64,000 nucleotides of DNA from Sedimentisphaerales bacterium. Its GTDB lineage: Bacteria; Planctomycetota; Phycisphaerae; Sedimentisphaerales; SM23-30. The translations under genes were made by a program, and so were the position numbers. The notes beneath the pieces were generated by a model, which had not been told where the DNA came from, searched no databases, and worked only from the letters and a program-made list of their open reading frames with translations. The stretch lies in contig CAXXFK010000002.1 of the NCBI GenBank assembly GCA_963663965.2, positions 17,789 to 81,788 of the forward strand. Reading direction: 5' to 3'. Positions within the stretch are counted from its first letter, which is position 1; every line of letters starts with the position of its first letter. Below are positions 41,935-53,130 of the stretch, in pieces.

Positions 41935-42249
41935 TCGTCCGATAAATTTTTGCCTCCCCTCGGGGAGGCAGGGCAGGGAGTTGTCCCTCCCTCCTCCATT
42001 GAAAGACTCTACCAGATGAAAGACTAATAAAAAATGTGCGAAAGATTCTTGACGCTACCGCCAAACAAGATGTGATTATTTCAAGACCGATTTGAATCGG
42101 TATTGCAAAAATGTCTTTGTATTTGCATGGGAAAGAATTAATGCATAAAATGGCGGAAATCAGTGATCCGAAATTGAGCTGATATTAGTTGTGTGCAGGA
42201 TTGAGTATCCGAGTATTGCTATTTGTAATGTATTATGAAATAAAGAGAT

Positions 42250-43845
42250 ATGAAAAAGTCCGGCGTGAAATCAATTTTAGTTTCGTGGTTGGGATATGCT
42301 GATTTAAAGGGCATGGCGTCATCATTGCCTCAGAAAATGCAAGCCGAAATTGCCCAGATTACTAAGCATAAGGGGGATTGGCCTACTGGTGGGATGGGGC
42401 CGGTTCAGACTTGTATTGGGCAGATGGCTTTTAAGAAGGTATATCTCCTAAGTAATTTTCCTGCAACCATTAACAGTCAATGTGCCAAGCATTATGGTCC
42501 GCAGGTTGAGATTATTCCGGTGACTTTGGAAAATCCAACTGATTACAAATCGATTTACCAAATTTCCCTAGATGCACTCCAGGCTATTACACAACGGGAA
42601 TCGAAGTCTCCACTTGAACTGTCAATGCTGTTGAGTCCCGGCACGCCGGCCATGATCGCGATTTGGATTCTGCTGGGTAAGACAAAATTCCCGGCTCGAT
42701 TCTATCAAACCTTCGATGGGAAAGTTTGGGAAACAGAAATCCCGTTCGATCTGACTCTGGATGTAGTTCCGGATCTGATGAAGGGGAGTGATGCGCTTTT
42801 TCAGCACCTTGCTTTACAAAGTCCGCAGGAAATCCCCGGCTTTGAGTCCATAATCGGTGAAAGTTATGTCATAAAAATGGCGGTTGGACGGGCCAAAAAG
42901 GCGGCTATTCGCAATGTTTCGGTATTGATTTCGGGTGAGAGCGGGACTGGAAAAGAGATGTTTGCACGAGCCATTCACCTTGCCAGTCCACGCCGTGACA
43001 AGCTTTTTGAGGCGGTCAATTGTGCTGCGCTGCCCACCGCATTGCTGGAATCGCAGCTATTTGGGCATAAAAAAGGAGCGTTTACCGGGGCAGACAAGGA
43101 TCATATTGGGTTATTGAAGTCTCTGGATGGCGGAACCCTTTTTCTTGATGAGATCGGTGAAAGCGAACTGGTTTTTCAGGCGAAATTACTGCGCGCCTTA
43201 CAGCCGCCGGCTGGGTATTCAGCCACCATACGGGAGTTTTTCCCGGTTGGGGCGGTCAAGCCGGTACGCAGCGATGTCCGGATCATTGCAGCCACCAACA
43301 AGAATCTGCTGGAGGCGATCAAGCAGGGAGCTTTCCGGGATGACCTGTATTATCGTCTGGCGGCATTAACGATCAAATTGCCGCCGCTGAGGGATCGTCA
43401 GGCTGATATTGTGATGATGGCGGAACAGTTTCTTAAGCAGATTAATGCCGAGTTTCAGGCCCTTGACCCGGGGTATAAACAAAAAAATATTTCTCCTTCC
43501 ACAAAAATATTTGTGAAAAACCATCCCTGGCCGGGCAATGTCCGGCAACTTTACAATGTTCTTTTACAAGCGGTAATCTTGTCTGACAGAGATACCATCC
43601 AAAAAGAGGATTTAATTGGGGCTTTGGCTGAGATGCCGGAAGCTGAATCCGATACCGGGTTGTTGGACCATCCTTTGGGAGAATCGTTCAGCTTGAAAAA
43701 AGTGATGTCCGAATTGGAAGTCCATTATTTGCAAAGAGCTATGAAAGAGGCGGGGGGCAAGAAAACCCTGGCGGCCAAGTTATTGGGAATGGATAATTAC
43801 CAGGCGCTGGATGCCAAACTGAAACGGTTAAATATCCAATACTAA
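42250..43845 (+). CDS. Sigma54-dependent activator with an N-terminal RtcR/CARF-like sensor domain and C-terminal HTH
   Basis: GESGTGKE, ESQLFGHKKGAFTGA, LFLDE, FRDDLYYRL, WPGNVRQL; N-terminal LENPTDY and LSPGTPAM..IW.LL...FPARF.Q parallel RtcR. Confidence 0.9.
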   Translation: MKKSGVKSILVSWLGYADLKGMASSLPQKMQAEIAQITKHKGDWPTGGMGPVQTCIGQMAFKKVYLLSNFPATINSQCAKHYGPQVEIIPVTLENPTDYKSIYQISLDALQAITQRESKSPLELSMLLSPGTPAMIAIWILLGKTKFPARFYQTFDGKVWETEIPFDLTLDVVPDLMKGSDALFQHLALQSPQEIPGFESIIGESYVIKMAVGRAKKAAIRNVSVLISGESGTGKEMFARAIHLASPRRDKLFEAVNCAALPTALLESQLFGHKKGAFTGADKDHIGLLKSLDGGTLFLDEIGESELVFQAKLLRALQPPAGYSATIREFFPVGAVKPVRSDVRIIAATNKNLLEAIKQGAFRDDLYYRLAALTIKLPPLRDRQADIVMMAEQFLKQINAEFQALDPGYKQKNISPSTKIFVKNHPWPGNVRQLYNVLLQAVILSDRDTIQKEDLIGALAEMPEAESDTGLLDHPLGESFSLKKVMSELEVHYLQRAMKEAGGKKTLAAKLLGMDNYQALDAKLKRLNIQY

Positions 43846-43894
43846 GAGGTGGAATCAATGACTGGATTTCAAAAAAATCGTGATTTTGATTTTG

Positions 43895-43910
43895 TGGCAT
43901 GGCGATTGCT
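43895..43910 (+). promoter_or_regulatory. Sigma54 (-24/-12) promoter for the hsdR operon
   Basis: TGGCATGGCGATTGCT: GG-N10-GC spacing, matches TGGCAC-N5-TTGC except one base; about 80 nt upstream of the hsdR ATG. Confidence 0.8.
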
Positions 43911-43991
43911 TTATCTTCTGGCATGGACAAAACCCTGCAACATAATCAATCAGAAGCCAGCCAACCCGAGCGACGGGGGGGCGAAGAGATC

Positions 43992-46900
43992 ATGAAATCG
44001 ATCAACTTTGAATTTCTTCGCACGGACTGGCAACAACTGGCCTCTTTGGCTGGTTTCGCGGAATATTACAGCCATCAAGATCCGGTCAGCTCCTTGATCA
44101 AGATGCGAACCTATCTGGAGCAGATCGTTGAGTTGGTTTATGACCGCTTCGGCTTTTCCCGGCCGTATAATCCCAGTCTGCATGAGTTATTGAATGCCGA
44201 TGAATTTAAGCGGGTTATTCCTACCACCGTGCAGACGATTATGCACGCTATTCGGGTTAATGGCAATCGGGCCGTCCATCGCAACGAGGGAACCACAGAA
44301 AAGGCATTACAGGCTATCAAGGATGGATTTCACCTGGCCCAATGGGTATTTCTGACCTTCACCCAGCAGGATAAATCGGCTCTGCCGGTTTACCGTGAAC
44401 CCACCCCTGAAGATTTTGGCCTGACCGCCAAGGCCGAACTCAAGCGCCAGAAAAAGAGTCTGCTGCAAAAGCTGGAAGCCCAGGAAATCCAGATGCAACA
44501 GCTTCTGGATGAACTGACCCTGGCCCGCGAGCAGGCCCAGGCCGCTCAATTATCTGAGCAGGAGATGCGGGCACAGATTCAGGCCGCCCAATATTCATGC
44601 AGCGTGCTGGATTTTTCAGAGGCTGAAACCCGAAAGTACCTGATTGATGTCATGTTGGCCGAAGCCGGGTGGCAGGTGGGCCAGAATGGTCAGAATACCA
44701 CCGAGGTGGGGCAGGAGGTGGAGATCCCGCACCAATCCACCCAAACGGGCATTGGGTATGCCGATTATGTTCTCTATGAAGAGGATGGCCATACCCCCCT
44801 GGCGGTGATTGAAGCCAAGAAAACCGCCAAAGATGTCAACGAAGGGCGCCAGCAGGCAAAATCTTATGCCGATGGTTTGGAACAGGAAACCGAACACCGT
44901 CCATTAATATTTTATACCAATGGATTCGATCTATGGCTTTGGGATGACAAGCAGGGATATGTTCCCCGTCAGATTTGGGGATTTTATTCCAAGGATAGTA
45001 TCCGGTTTGTATTGCGGCAACGATTGGCGGCTCAGGATCTGCAAACTGTCGATCTGGACTCAAACATTATTGACCGGACCTATCAGACTGAAGCAGTCCG
45101 GCGTATATTGGAGACCTTTCAGAACCGCCGGCGTAAGGCGCTTATTGTCCAGGCAACCGGAACCGGTAAAACCCGGGTGGCGATTGCCCTCAGTGAGGCG
45201 TTGATCCGGGCCGGCTGGGTTAAACGAATATTATTCCTGTGCGACCGGCGGGAGCTGAGAAAACAGGCCAAAGATACTTTTACCCGATTTTTGCCCAATG
45301 AGCCGGTGGTTTACATCAACGCCTCCACCAGTCTGCAAACCCATCACAAGGTTTATCTGGCCACCTACCCGGCGATGATGAAGTGTTACACCAACTTCGA
45401 TCCGGGCTTTTTTGACCTGATTATCGCGGATGAATCCCATCGCAGTATTTACAACCGCTACCGGGATCTGTTTTACTGGTATGATGCCCTGCAGGTAGGT
45501 TTAACGGCCACGCCGGTCAGTCAGATCCTGAAAAATACCTACGATTTGTTTGAGTGCCCGGCGGACAATCCCACCGCCCATTACGACTATGACACAGCCG
45601 TTAACGAAAAATACTTGTGTCGTTTTGAGGTCAAGACCTTTACCACACCGTTTTTACGCAAGGGAATCAAATATTCCCAGATGAGCAAGGAACAGCGTGA
45701 GCAGCTTGAAGCCCAGGAGGCCGTCCCGCAGGATATCGAATATGAGCAGAGCCTGGTTGACAAACATATCTTCAACCGGGACACCAACAAGCTGATCCTG
45801 AAGAATCTGATGGACAATGGGATCCGGATCAAGGATGGCAGCCAGATCGGCAAGACCATTATCTTTGCCCGCAGCCACAATCACGCGATTCTGTTGCAAA
45901 AGCTGTTTGATGAGATGTATCCCCAATATGGAGGTAATTTCTGCCGGGTAATCGACAATTACGATCCCCGCGCCAGTGAACTGATTGACGATTTCAAAGG
46001 GATTGGCCGCAACCATGACCTGACCATTGCCATATCCGTGGATATGCTCGACACTGGCATCGATGTACCGGAGATTGTGAATCTGGTGTTCGCCAAGCCG
46101 ATCTATTCCTATGTCAAATTCTGGCAGATGATCGGGCGCGGAACCCGGTTATGTGAAAACCTGTTTGGACCCGGCCAACACAAAACGGCCTTTCGGATTT
46201 TTGATCATTGGGGTGTGTTTGAATTTTTCGATGAGAAGTACCAGGCTACCGACGATGCCAGTACCGCCAAGAGCCTTCAGCAGTTGGTGTTTGAGGATCG
46301 CCTGAGACTGGCCCAGACCGCCCTGGATCTGCAAAAGCAGGAGGCTTTTGACTTGGCCACCCGGCTGATTCTAGAGGATATCAAGGGTCTGGATGACAAT
46401 CCATCCATCGATATCCGCAGCAAATGGCGGGATATCAAGCTGCTGCAACAAGATGGTGTGATCCGGCAATTTGCCCCGGCCACCCGGGTGGTATTGCAGA
46501 ACGAGATCGCCCCGCTGATGAAATGGCGGAATATTACCGGTCACCAGGAGGCCTATAAGTTTGACCGGTTGTGCTGTCAGTTGCAGCGGGAACTGCTGGT
46601 CGGAGGGAGCCGGTTCAATGACCTGAAGGATGAATTGCTGAATCAGGTGCATGAACTGCCCATCAATCTGAACGCGGTGCGGGCCAAAATTGCCACGATT
46701 AATCAGGTTAATTCCGGTGAGTTCTGGACTCAGCCGACGGTTGAGGATTTTGAAGCTGTCCGTGTTGAGCTCCGCGGCGTCATGAAATACCGGGACAGTG
46801 GTTCCGGACCGGGTCAGGGATTCCAGCCCAAGGTGATCGATATCGCAGAAGAAGAGGATTTGATCGAGATCAAGGATTACAAGCCCAAGATCAAGGGGCT

Positions 46901-47384
46901 GCAATTGATTGAATACCGTCATCGGGTTCAGGCGGTTTTGGAGGGTCTGATGGAAAGCTCGCCGGCGTTACAGAAAATCCGGCAGGGCGAGACCATTACC
47001 GAAGCCGAACTTAAGGAACTGGCCGCGCTGGTGGTGGCCCAGGAGCCGGACCTTAAGCTGGAGGAGCTCACCGACTATTTCCCGCAGGCCGGCTCGATTG
47101 AGGCGGCGATTCGCGGGATTGTCGGACTGGACGCCGGTCAGGTTGGCCAGCGATTCAGCGAATTTATTCAAACCCATACTCTTAACTCCACCCAGATGCG
47201 TTTTCTTGACCTGCTCAAAAACTTTATCGCCCGGCATGGCAAAATTGAGGTAAGCGATCTCTACGAGGATCCCTTTACCGCGCTTAATCCCGGGGGGATA
47301 GACGGGGTGTTCGATGGCACTCTGGCCGATGAGCTGATCCAACTGGTGGAAGAATTCAACGAAAATGAAACTACGGAGCTATAA
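43992..47384 (+). CDS. hsdR: Type I restriction enzyme R subunit (EcoAI/EcoEI-like, N-terminal DUF4145-like domain)
   Basis: ADYVL...IEAKK nuclease motif, QATGTGKT, DESHRS, GLTATP, TGIDVP, QMIGRGTR; start reset to MKSINF. Confidence 0.95.
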   Translation: MKSINFEFLRTDWQQLASLAGFAEYYSHQDPVSSLIKMRTYLEQIVELVYDRFGFSRPYNPSLHELLNADEFKRVIPTTVQTIMHAIRVNGNRAVHRNEGTTEKALQAIKDGFHLAQWVFLTFTQQDKSALPVYREPTPEDFGLTAKAELKRQKKSLLQKLEAQEIQMQQLLDELTLAREQAQAAQLSEQEMRAQIQAAQYSCSVLDFSEAETRKYLIDVMLAEAGWQVGQNGQNTTEVGQEVEIPHQSTQTGIGYADYVLYEEDGHTPLAVIEAKKTAKDVNEGRQQAKSYADGLEQETEHRPLIFYTNGFDLWLWDDKQGYVPRQIWGFYSKDSIRFVLRQRLAAQDLQTVDLDSNIIDRTYQTEAVRRILETFQNRRRKALIVQATGTGKTRVAIALSEALIRAGWVKRILFLCDRRELRKQAKDTFTRFLPNEPVVYINASTSLQTHHKVYLATYPAMMKCYTNFDPGFFDLIIADESHRSIYNRYRDLFYWYDALQVGLTATPVSQILKNTYDLFECPADNPTAHYDYDTAVNEKYLCRFEVKTFTTPFLRKGIKYSQMSKEQREQLEAQEAVPQDIEYEQSLVDKHIFNRDTNKLILKNLMDNGIRIKDGSQIGKTIIFARSHNHAILLQKLFDEMYPQYGGNFCRVIDNYDPRASELIDDFKGIGRNHDLTIAISVDMLDTGIDVPEIVNLVFAKPIYSYVKFWQMIGRGTRLCENLFGPGQHKTAFRIFDHWGVFEFFDEKYQATDDASTAKSLQQLVFEDRLRLAQTALDLQKQEAFDLATRLILEDIKGLDDNPSIDIRSKWRDIKLLQQDGVIRQFAPATRVVLQNEIAPLMKWRNITGHQEAYKFDRLCCQLQRELLVGGSRFNDLKDELLNQVHELPINLNAVRAKIATINQVNSGEFWTQPTVEDFEAVRVELRGVMKYRDSGSGPGQGFQPKVIDIAEEEDLIEIKDYKPKIKGLQLIEYRHRVQAVLEGLMESSPALQKIRQGETITEAELKELAALVVAQEPDLKLEELTDYFPQAGSIEAAIRGIVGLDAGQVGQRFSEFIQTHTLNSTQMRFLDLLKNFIARHGKIEVSDLYEDPFTALNPGGIDGVFDGTLADELIQLVEEFNENETTEL

Positions 47385-47387
47385 TCA

Positions 47388-48944
47388 ATGATAACCGGTG
47401 CCTTAAAAAACAAGATTGACAAACTCTGGGAAGAATTCTGGACCGGAGGGATTACCAATCCGCTCACCGTGATCGAGCAGATATCCTTTCTGATGTTTGC
47501 CCGCAACCTGGACCAGCTCGAGAGTATCAATGAGCGTAAGGCCCGGCGGATCGGCGGCAAGGGTGTCAAGCGGGTCTTTGACGGGCCGGATGATCCACGG
47601 CGTTGGAAGAACCTGATGCAGATATCCGAAACCGACAAGCTTTTGCGCACGGTGCGGGATGAAGTCTTTCCCCATTTCAAAGAGATCGGCGGTGAGGAGA
47701 CCACCTTCAGCGAGTACATGGCCGACGCCCAACTGATGGTCCAGAAGCCATCGCTGCTCTACAAGGCGATGAAAATGGTGGATGAGCTGCCGCTGGTGCA
47801 TTCGGACGCCAAAGGTGACCTGTACGAATTCCTGCTCAGCAAGCTAACCACCGCCGGGATCAACGGGCAGTTCCGCACACCCCGTCATATCATCGACATG
47901 ATGGTCGAGTTGCTCGATCCCAAGTCGACTGATACCATCGCCGACCCGGCCTGCGGTACGGGCGGTTTTCTGGTGCGGGCCTATGAATATCTGCGTAAGA
48001 AATATACTTCCCAGGAAGGCCAGATCGAAAATCCGGATGATCCTTCCGGCGAGCCGATCTACTCAGCCGATATGCTATCCGCCGAGGAGCGGGCTCATAT
48101 CCAGAGCGGGATGTTCTACGGCTTCGATTTCGATGTCACCATGCTGCGGATCGCCTCGATGAACCTGATCCTGCACGGGCTGGAGAACCCCAATATCCAC
48201 TATTGCGACACTCTCTCGGGAAAGATGACCGAGCTGTTTCCCAAGCTGGCGGTCAATAAGTTCGACCTGATCCTGGCCAATCCGCCCTTCAAGGGGTCGC
48301 TGGACGCCGAGGATGTGGCGCCTTCCCTGAGTGGCAAGGTCAAGACCAAGAAGACCGAACTGCTGTTCCTGGCGCTGATGGTGCGGATGCTCAAGCTGGG
48401 CGGCCGGTGCGCGGTGATTGTGCCGGATGGGGTATTGTTTGGCTCTTCCAACGCCCACCGTGATCTGCGCAAGATGCTGGTGGAGAACAACCAGTTGGAG
48501 GCGGTGATTTCGCTGCCTTCCGGGGTATTCAAGCCTTACGCCGGGGTTTCCACGGCTGTTTTGGTCTTTGCCAAGGGGGATGACACTGCCGAAGGCCAGA
48601 CCGAGCGAGTGTTTTTCTTCGATGTGCAGGCGGATGGTTTCAGTCTAGATGATAAACGAACCCCGATCGCTGACAATGATCTGCCGGATGTGGTCAGCCA
48701 GTGGAAAAAGTGGAATCATGGCGAGAAAAAGGCACTGAAGCATTTTTCGGACCGGACCCAGAACGCTTTTTTTGTGACTCGGGAGGAGATTGTTCAGCAA
48801 GGATATGACCTGTCCATCGGCCGGTATAAAGAGCATGTCTATGAAGAAGTGCAATACGATCCTCCGAAGGTTATTTTAAAGCGGTTGAAGAAGTTGGAAG
48901 AGGATATTGTTGCCGACCTCAAGGAGTTGGAGGCGATGATTTAA
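47388..48944 (+). CDS. hsdM: Type I R-M N6-adenine methyltransferase
   Basis: [29 protein letters not shown]. Confidence 0.97.
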   Translation: MITGALKNKIDKLWEEFWTGGITNPLTVIEQISFLMFARNLDQLESINERKARRIGGKGVKRVFDGPDDPRRWKNLMQISETDKLLRTVRDEVFPHFKEIGGEETTFSEYMADAQLMVQKPSLLYKAMKMVDELPLVHSDAKGDLYEFLLSKLTTAGINGQFRTPRHIIDMMVELLDPKSTDTIADPACGTGGFLVRAYEYLRKKYTSQEGQIENPDDPSGEPIYSADMLSAEERAHIQSGMFYGFDFDVTMLRIASMNLILHGLENPNIHYCDTLSGKMTELFPKLAVNKFDLILANPPFKGSLDAEDVAPSLSGKVKTKKTELLFLALMVRMLKLGGRCAVIVPDGVLFGSSNAHRDLRKMLVENNQLEAVISLPSGVFKPYAGVSTAVLVFAKGDDTAEGQTERVFFFDVQADGFSLDDKRTPIADNDLPDVVSQWKKWNHGEKKALKHFSDRTQNAFFVTREEIVQQGYDLSIGRYKEHVYEEVQYDPPKVILKRLKKLEEDIVADLKELEAMI

Positions 48945-49990
48945 TGAATCAATTCAATCCCCAATTTACCATAACCAACGCCATGACCGACGCCCTGACC
49001 CGGATCGAGCGGGCGCGGGGTTTTCTGGAGGCGGCCACGCTTTCGGAGGATTGGATTGCCCGGATGAGCCGGCGGGCGCTGTTACTTGAAGCGCATCATA
49101 CCACGCACATCGAAGGCACACAGTTGACACTGGAGCAGGCGCAGAAACTCTGGGATGGCGAAACGATCGACAATGTCAATGCTGACGACCGGCGGGAACT
49201 ACTGAACTATCGCAACGCGTTCAATCTGGTGGCGGAGTATCTCACCGGGGGCGCTCCCATTACCGAGGCCCTGATCCGGGAAATTCACCAGCGGCTGGTC
49301 GAGGGGGTACGCGGAGGCCAGGGTCAGCCGGGCCGCTATCGCACCATTCAGAATTATGTCGTCAACAGCCAGACCGACCAGGTGGTTTACACGCCCCCGG
49401 CCCCGGGCGATGTTCCAGGAATGATGCGGCAACTGGTCGAATGGCTGGCCGCCGACAGCGAAATCCACCCGGTTTTGGTTTCGGGGATCGCGCAGTTTCA
49501 ACTGGTTCATATCCACCCGTTTGTCGATGGCAACGGCCGAACTTCGCGGCTGCTTTCAACGCTGTGTCTCTATCGCAGCGGATACGACTTCAAAAGGCTG
49601 TTCACCATCAGCGAATATTATGACCGCAACCGCGGGGAATTTTATCAGGCGTTACAGCAGGTGCGCGAACGGGACATGGACCTGACTATCTGGCTGGACT
49701 ATTTCCTCACCGGCCTGGCCACCCAACTGGAAGAAACCAAACATATCGGAAAAACCGCGATCGAAATAGACATCATCGCGAACGAAAATAAGCTGAACTC
49801 CAGGCAAAAACGGGCGCTTGAGTATTTAATTATACAAGGCTCATTGACCATTGCCATCTATCAGGAACTCTGCCCCGAGGCCAATCGGCGGACATTGCAG
49901 AGAGATCTTAAAACGCTTATTGACAGTGGTTTAGTGTTGACAAGCGGGGCAACCAACAACCTGACTTACACATTAAAAGGCCGGAATTAA
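48944..49990 (+). CDS. Fic family protein with C-terminal HTH
   Basis: Canonical [12 protein letters not shown] motif; [14 protein letters not shown]. Confidence 0.93.
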   Translation: MNQFNPQFTITNAMTDALTRIERARGFLEAATLSEDWIARMSRRALLLEAHHTTHIEGTQLTLEQAQKLWDGETIDNVNADDRRELLNYRNAFNLVAEYLTGGAPITEALIREIHQRLVEGVRGGQGQPGRYRTIQNYVVNSQTDQVVYTPPAPGDVPGMMRQLVEWLAADSEIHPVLVSGIAQFQLVHIHPFVDGNGRTSRLLSTLCLYRSGYDFKRLFTISEYYDRNRGEFYQALQQVRERDMDLTIWLDYFLTGLATQLEETKHIGKTAIEIDIIANENKLNSRQKRALEYLIIQGSLTIAIYQELCPEANRRTLQRDLKTLIDSGLVLTSGATNNLTYTLKGRN

Positions 49991-49993
49991 TGA

Positions 49994-50049
49994 ACTTGCG
50001 ACATACTTGCGACATGACTCGCGACAACTCGCGACAGAGACTTGCGACA
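49994..50049. repeat. Five direct repeats ACTYGCGACA between fic and hsdS
   Basis: Copies start at 49994, 50005, 50017, 50027 and 50040. Confidence 0.85.
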
Positions 50050-50084
50050 CATCCCGCCAGTATTATTGAACGGGAGTCGAGAAT

Positions 50085-51245
50085 ATGATGACTCAAATTG
50101 TTATAAAAGAATTAGCGCCATCAAGAGGAAGCGGACAATCTTTTGGACCGGATCAATCAATTTGGTTGCTTGGTCTAGAAGATATAGAGCAGAACACCGG
50201 GCGAATCATAGAAAAAAAACGAGTTCCCGCTGGTATAGCAGGAGGTTCAACTTATGCTTTCTCAGAACGGAATGTATTATATTCAAAATTACGCCCTAAT
50301 TTGAATAAGGTTGTTTGTCCAACAGAACCGGGACTAGCTACTACAGAATTGGTGCCTCTTTGCCCGGATCCTTATCGTTTACATCGCGAATATCTGGCCT
50401 ATTATCTCCGTAGCCCCAATTTTGTAGCTTGGGCAAGTAATGCTGTGTCTGGTGCAAAAATGCCAAGAGTACAGATGACCGAATTTTGGCAGCAGACTAT
50501 CCCGATCCCTTATGCAGATAATCCAAAAAAGAGCTTAGCCGAGCAGCGGCGGATTGCGGCGATCCTGGACCAGGCCGATGGTATCCGGAAAAAACGGCGC
50601 CAGGCCATCGATGAACTGAACAACCTGATCCCCGCTATTTTTTATGATATGTTTGGGAGCCCAATAAATAGCAAGAAATGGAAAAAAGGCAAAATAGCTT
50701 CAATAGCAAATATCATTGTTCCAACGAGAGATAAACCGAAATCATTTACAGGAACAATACCATGGATTACATTGCCTGATGCGAACAATGATAGTATTTA
50801 CATATCGTCTTCAAATTATAATTTGAAACGACAAGAGGCAGAAGAAGTTGGGAATCGTCTAATGCCGAAAGGTGCTGTTATATTAAGTTGTGCAGGCAGC
50901 ATGGGCATTGTTAAAATTGCAACAAAAGAGCTCTATACTAATCAGCAATTTTACGGTCTTATTCCAAAGCCAGAACAAGTGACTTCAGAATATCTTGCAT
51001 ATTGTTTACTTCTTAGATCTCCTGAATTCTATAAAAATTTGTCGGGAACGGTAACAATTAGTTTTTTTAGTAAAGCAAAGGCATTAGACATATTGGTATC
51101 CATTCCTGAGATTAAAATGCAAAATGAATTTTCGCGGAAAGTTCAGGCAATACACCAACATATGAATAAACAATATAATTCTTTAAACATAGCAAATGAT
51201 GTTTTTAGTTGTTTAGTACAATGTGCATTTAAGGGTGGGTTATAA
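50085..51245 (+). CDS. hsdS: Type I R-M specificity subunit
   Basis: Two TRDs (LYSKLRP.L.K; ILSCAGSMG) joined by the LAEQRRIAAILD helix; ends AFKGGL. Confidence 0.92.
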   Translation: MMTQIVIKELAPSRGSGQSFGPDQSIWLLGLEDIEQNTGRIIEKKRVPAGIAGGSTYAFSERNVLYSKLRPNLNKVVCPTEPGLATTELVPLCPDPYRLHREYLAYYLRSPNFVAWASNAVSGAKMPRVQMTEFWQQTIPIPYADNPKKSLAEQRRIAAILDQADGIRKKRRQAIDELNNLIPAIFYDMFGSPINSKKWKKGKIASIANIIVPTRDKPKSFTGTIPWITLPDANNDSIYISSSNYNLKRQEAEEVGNRLMPKGAVILSCAGSMGIVKIATKELYTNQQFYGLIPKPEQVTSEYLAYCLLLRSPEFYKNLSGTVTISFFSKAKALDILVSIPEIKMQNEFSRKVQAIHQHMNKQYNSLNIANDVFSCLVQCAFKGGL

Positions 51246-52471
51246 TGAGTTATTTTGAAGATCGCTTTAAGAGCCATGCAATTCATACAACCCTTGAACA
51301 ATGCGTTGAGGCAATCAAGTTGCATGAATTGAAAGACCTCAACGAGGAGCAGGTTATCGCGATTAATCGTTGTGAGCATGTTGTAAAGTTTGCCAAAACC
51401 ATGCTCAATCGTTGCGATGCAGATTTGGTTGCTCCTGCAACGCTTGACCAACTAAATAACGCCTCTACTCAGGTACGAAATCATTGGAATCAGTTTGTCT
51501 CAAATCTAAATTGGAACATTCTAACGGCTCCATGTGATTCATTGCTTATCCAAGTATCTCAACTTAGCTCGAAGCTGCGTCCAATTCCAAAATCTTACGA
51601 CGATCTGCTAACATCCCTTCGAGACAATACCGCCGCTATGCTTCGGCAAATCCGCAAAGCTAAACAGCAGCAGGATGGAGAACTTGAAGATTTCCAATCA
51701 CGGCTGGAGGATTTCGCTCAAAAGCTCGAAACACGCGAAGCTGAGCTGGAGAAACAAAAGACTCGAATTGATGCATTGACTACTCAGCAGCAGGAAACTT
51801 TTTCAACTGCCCAGGAGACCAGAAACAAAGAGTTCTCCGCTTTCGTGTCTGAAAGAGAAACCATTTTCGAGGACAATCAAGCCGAGCATGCCTCAAAGTT
51901 TGAAGCACAACATGACCAGCAAACCAAAGCAGGTCAGGAACAAATCGATAAGCTCCAGGCCCACTGTGACCACGCAAAGGAAATTATCGGTATCATCGGC
52001 AATATCGGCGTAACGGGAAACTATCAGCGAATTGCCGATCAAGAAATGAAGGCTGCAAACACTTTTCGATGGATTGCTGTCGGGTGCTTCGGGGCGATGC
52101 TGGTTGCGGTAATTGTTGTTCTGTTTGGTTCTTTTAAGGCGGACTTCTGCGATTGGAGCATGGCGTTGTTTCGAGTATTGACAGCAGCAATATTTGCAGC
52201 TCCAGGTATCTACTGTGCTATGGAATCGAGTAAACACAGAAAAAAAGAACAACAAAATAGAAAGCTTGAATTAGAATTGGCAACAATCAGTCCATTCCTT
52301 GAAAAACTGGGCGATCCGGATAAGTCAAAGGTAATACTTGAAAAATTAGCGCCTGAATATTTTGGTAAACAATTAGGTGATGATAATGGAGTTCAATTTA
52401 CAAATATCGATTCTAAGTCTATTGAAGCGGCATTAAAACCTATATTAGAGTTGGTAAAGATACTGAAATAG
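51245..52471 (+). CDS. Hypothetical coiled-coil protein with two C-terminal TM helices
   Basis: 408 aa; start overlaps the hsdS stop. Confidence 0.7.
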   Translation: MSYFEDRFKSHAIHTTLEQCVEAIKLHELKDLNEEQVIAINRCEHVVKFAKTMLNRCDADLVAPATLDQLNNASTQVRNHWNQFVSNLNWNILTAPCDSLLIQVSQLSSKLRPIPKSYDDLLTSLRDNTAAMLRQIRKAKQQQDGELEDFQSRLEDFAQKLETREAELEKQKTRIDALTTQQQETFSTAQETRNKEFSAFVSERETIFEDNQAEHASKFEAQHDQQTKAGQEQIDKLQAHCDHAKEIIGIIGNIGVTGNYQRIADQEMKAANTFRWIAVGCFGAMLVAVIVVLFGSFKADFCDWSMALFRVLTAAIFAAPGIYCAMESSKHRKKEQQNRKLELELATISPFLEKLGDPDKSKVILEKLAPEYFGKQLGDDNGVQFTNIDSKSIEAALKPILELVKILK

Positions 52472-52498
52472 TCATACGGTATAATTAATATTAGGCAA

Positions 52499-53047
52499 AT
52501 GAAAAATATAATTGATAGTATCGTTCAGGTTTTGGTACGGCAGGCCTCGTTTTGGTCGCATGCACATGGCTGGGCGCCCAGGGAAACCGCCGAGTTATTG
52601 GAAATATGCCGGTTGGACCGCCAGGTATCTCTTGCCCATAATCTGAGGCGATGGGTGGATCAGTCTGAGGAAGAGATGCAGGAAGGGGCTTTGATATTGG
52701 CTTGGGCCAATCTGGGAGCATTAGTGGAAGGGAATATGAAGTTGTTTCTGTGTGTTTATCGGGGGGATTATATGAACTCAAGAATACTGCCTTTTGATAG
52801 AAACAGGAACGTTATAGAGCCTGATGGCCTGTTTTTTATGAAAATGATTGATTTCTATGAAAAGGAGATTTGGGATGACGCTGGAAGTAAAAAATGGGTG
52901 GATTATGCTCATAATGTGCGTAAAAGGCGAAATGCGATTCATTCCTATCAGGATAAGGAAATTGGAACCTTCGGAGACTGGGATGCTGCCTGTCGGGATT
53001 ATCTGGAATTGATTCAGCAATTGGATAGTCAGATGCCATACCCTTGA
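52499..53047 (+). CDS. HEPN-like domain protein
   Basis: Helical protein with LGALVEG (conserved E) and RKRRNAIH (R-x4-6-H motif). Confidence 0.55.
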   Translation: MKNIIDSIVQVLVRQASFWSHAHGWAPRETAELLEICRLDRQVSLAHNLRRWVDQSEEEMQEGALILAWANLGALVEGNMKLFLCVYRGDYMNSRILPFDRNRNVIEPDGLFFMKMIDFYEKEIWDDAGSKKWVDYAHNVRKRRNAIHSYQDKEIGTFGDWDAACRDYLELIQQLDSQMPYP

Positions 53048-53130
53048 TCAAAGGGGCATAAAAACTGGTTATGTTAAGCATAGAGACAAATAGGTAGTTG
53101 TGGCTCAAAAAACTCGAAAAAGAATGAGAG

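Larger units (their letters stand above)
38646..42059 (+). mobile_element. IS256-family element carrying a group II intron inside its left IR
   Basis: 8-bp TSD GCCAAACA at 38638-38645 and 42060-42067. Removing the intron rebuilds IRL GATAAGGTAAAATATTTTTCG|CACAT, collinear with the IRR reverse complement GGTAGCGTCAAGAATCTTTCGCACAT. Confidence 0.9.

Noticed and set aside
43899..43991. Longer hsdR N-terminus from the ORF track
   Set aside because: It begins inside the sigma54 promoter; MKSINF at 43992 is the family-typical start
49994..50049. Short repeats as a CRISPR array
   Set aside because: 10-bp units with 0-3 nt gaps and no cas genes; no CRISPR array seen anywhere in the window
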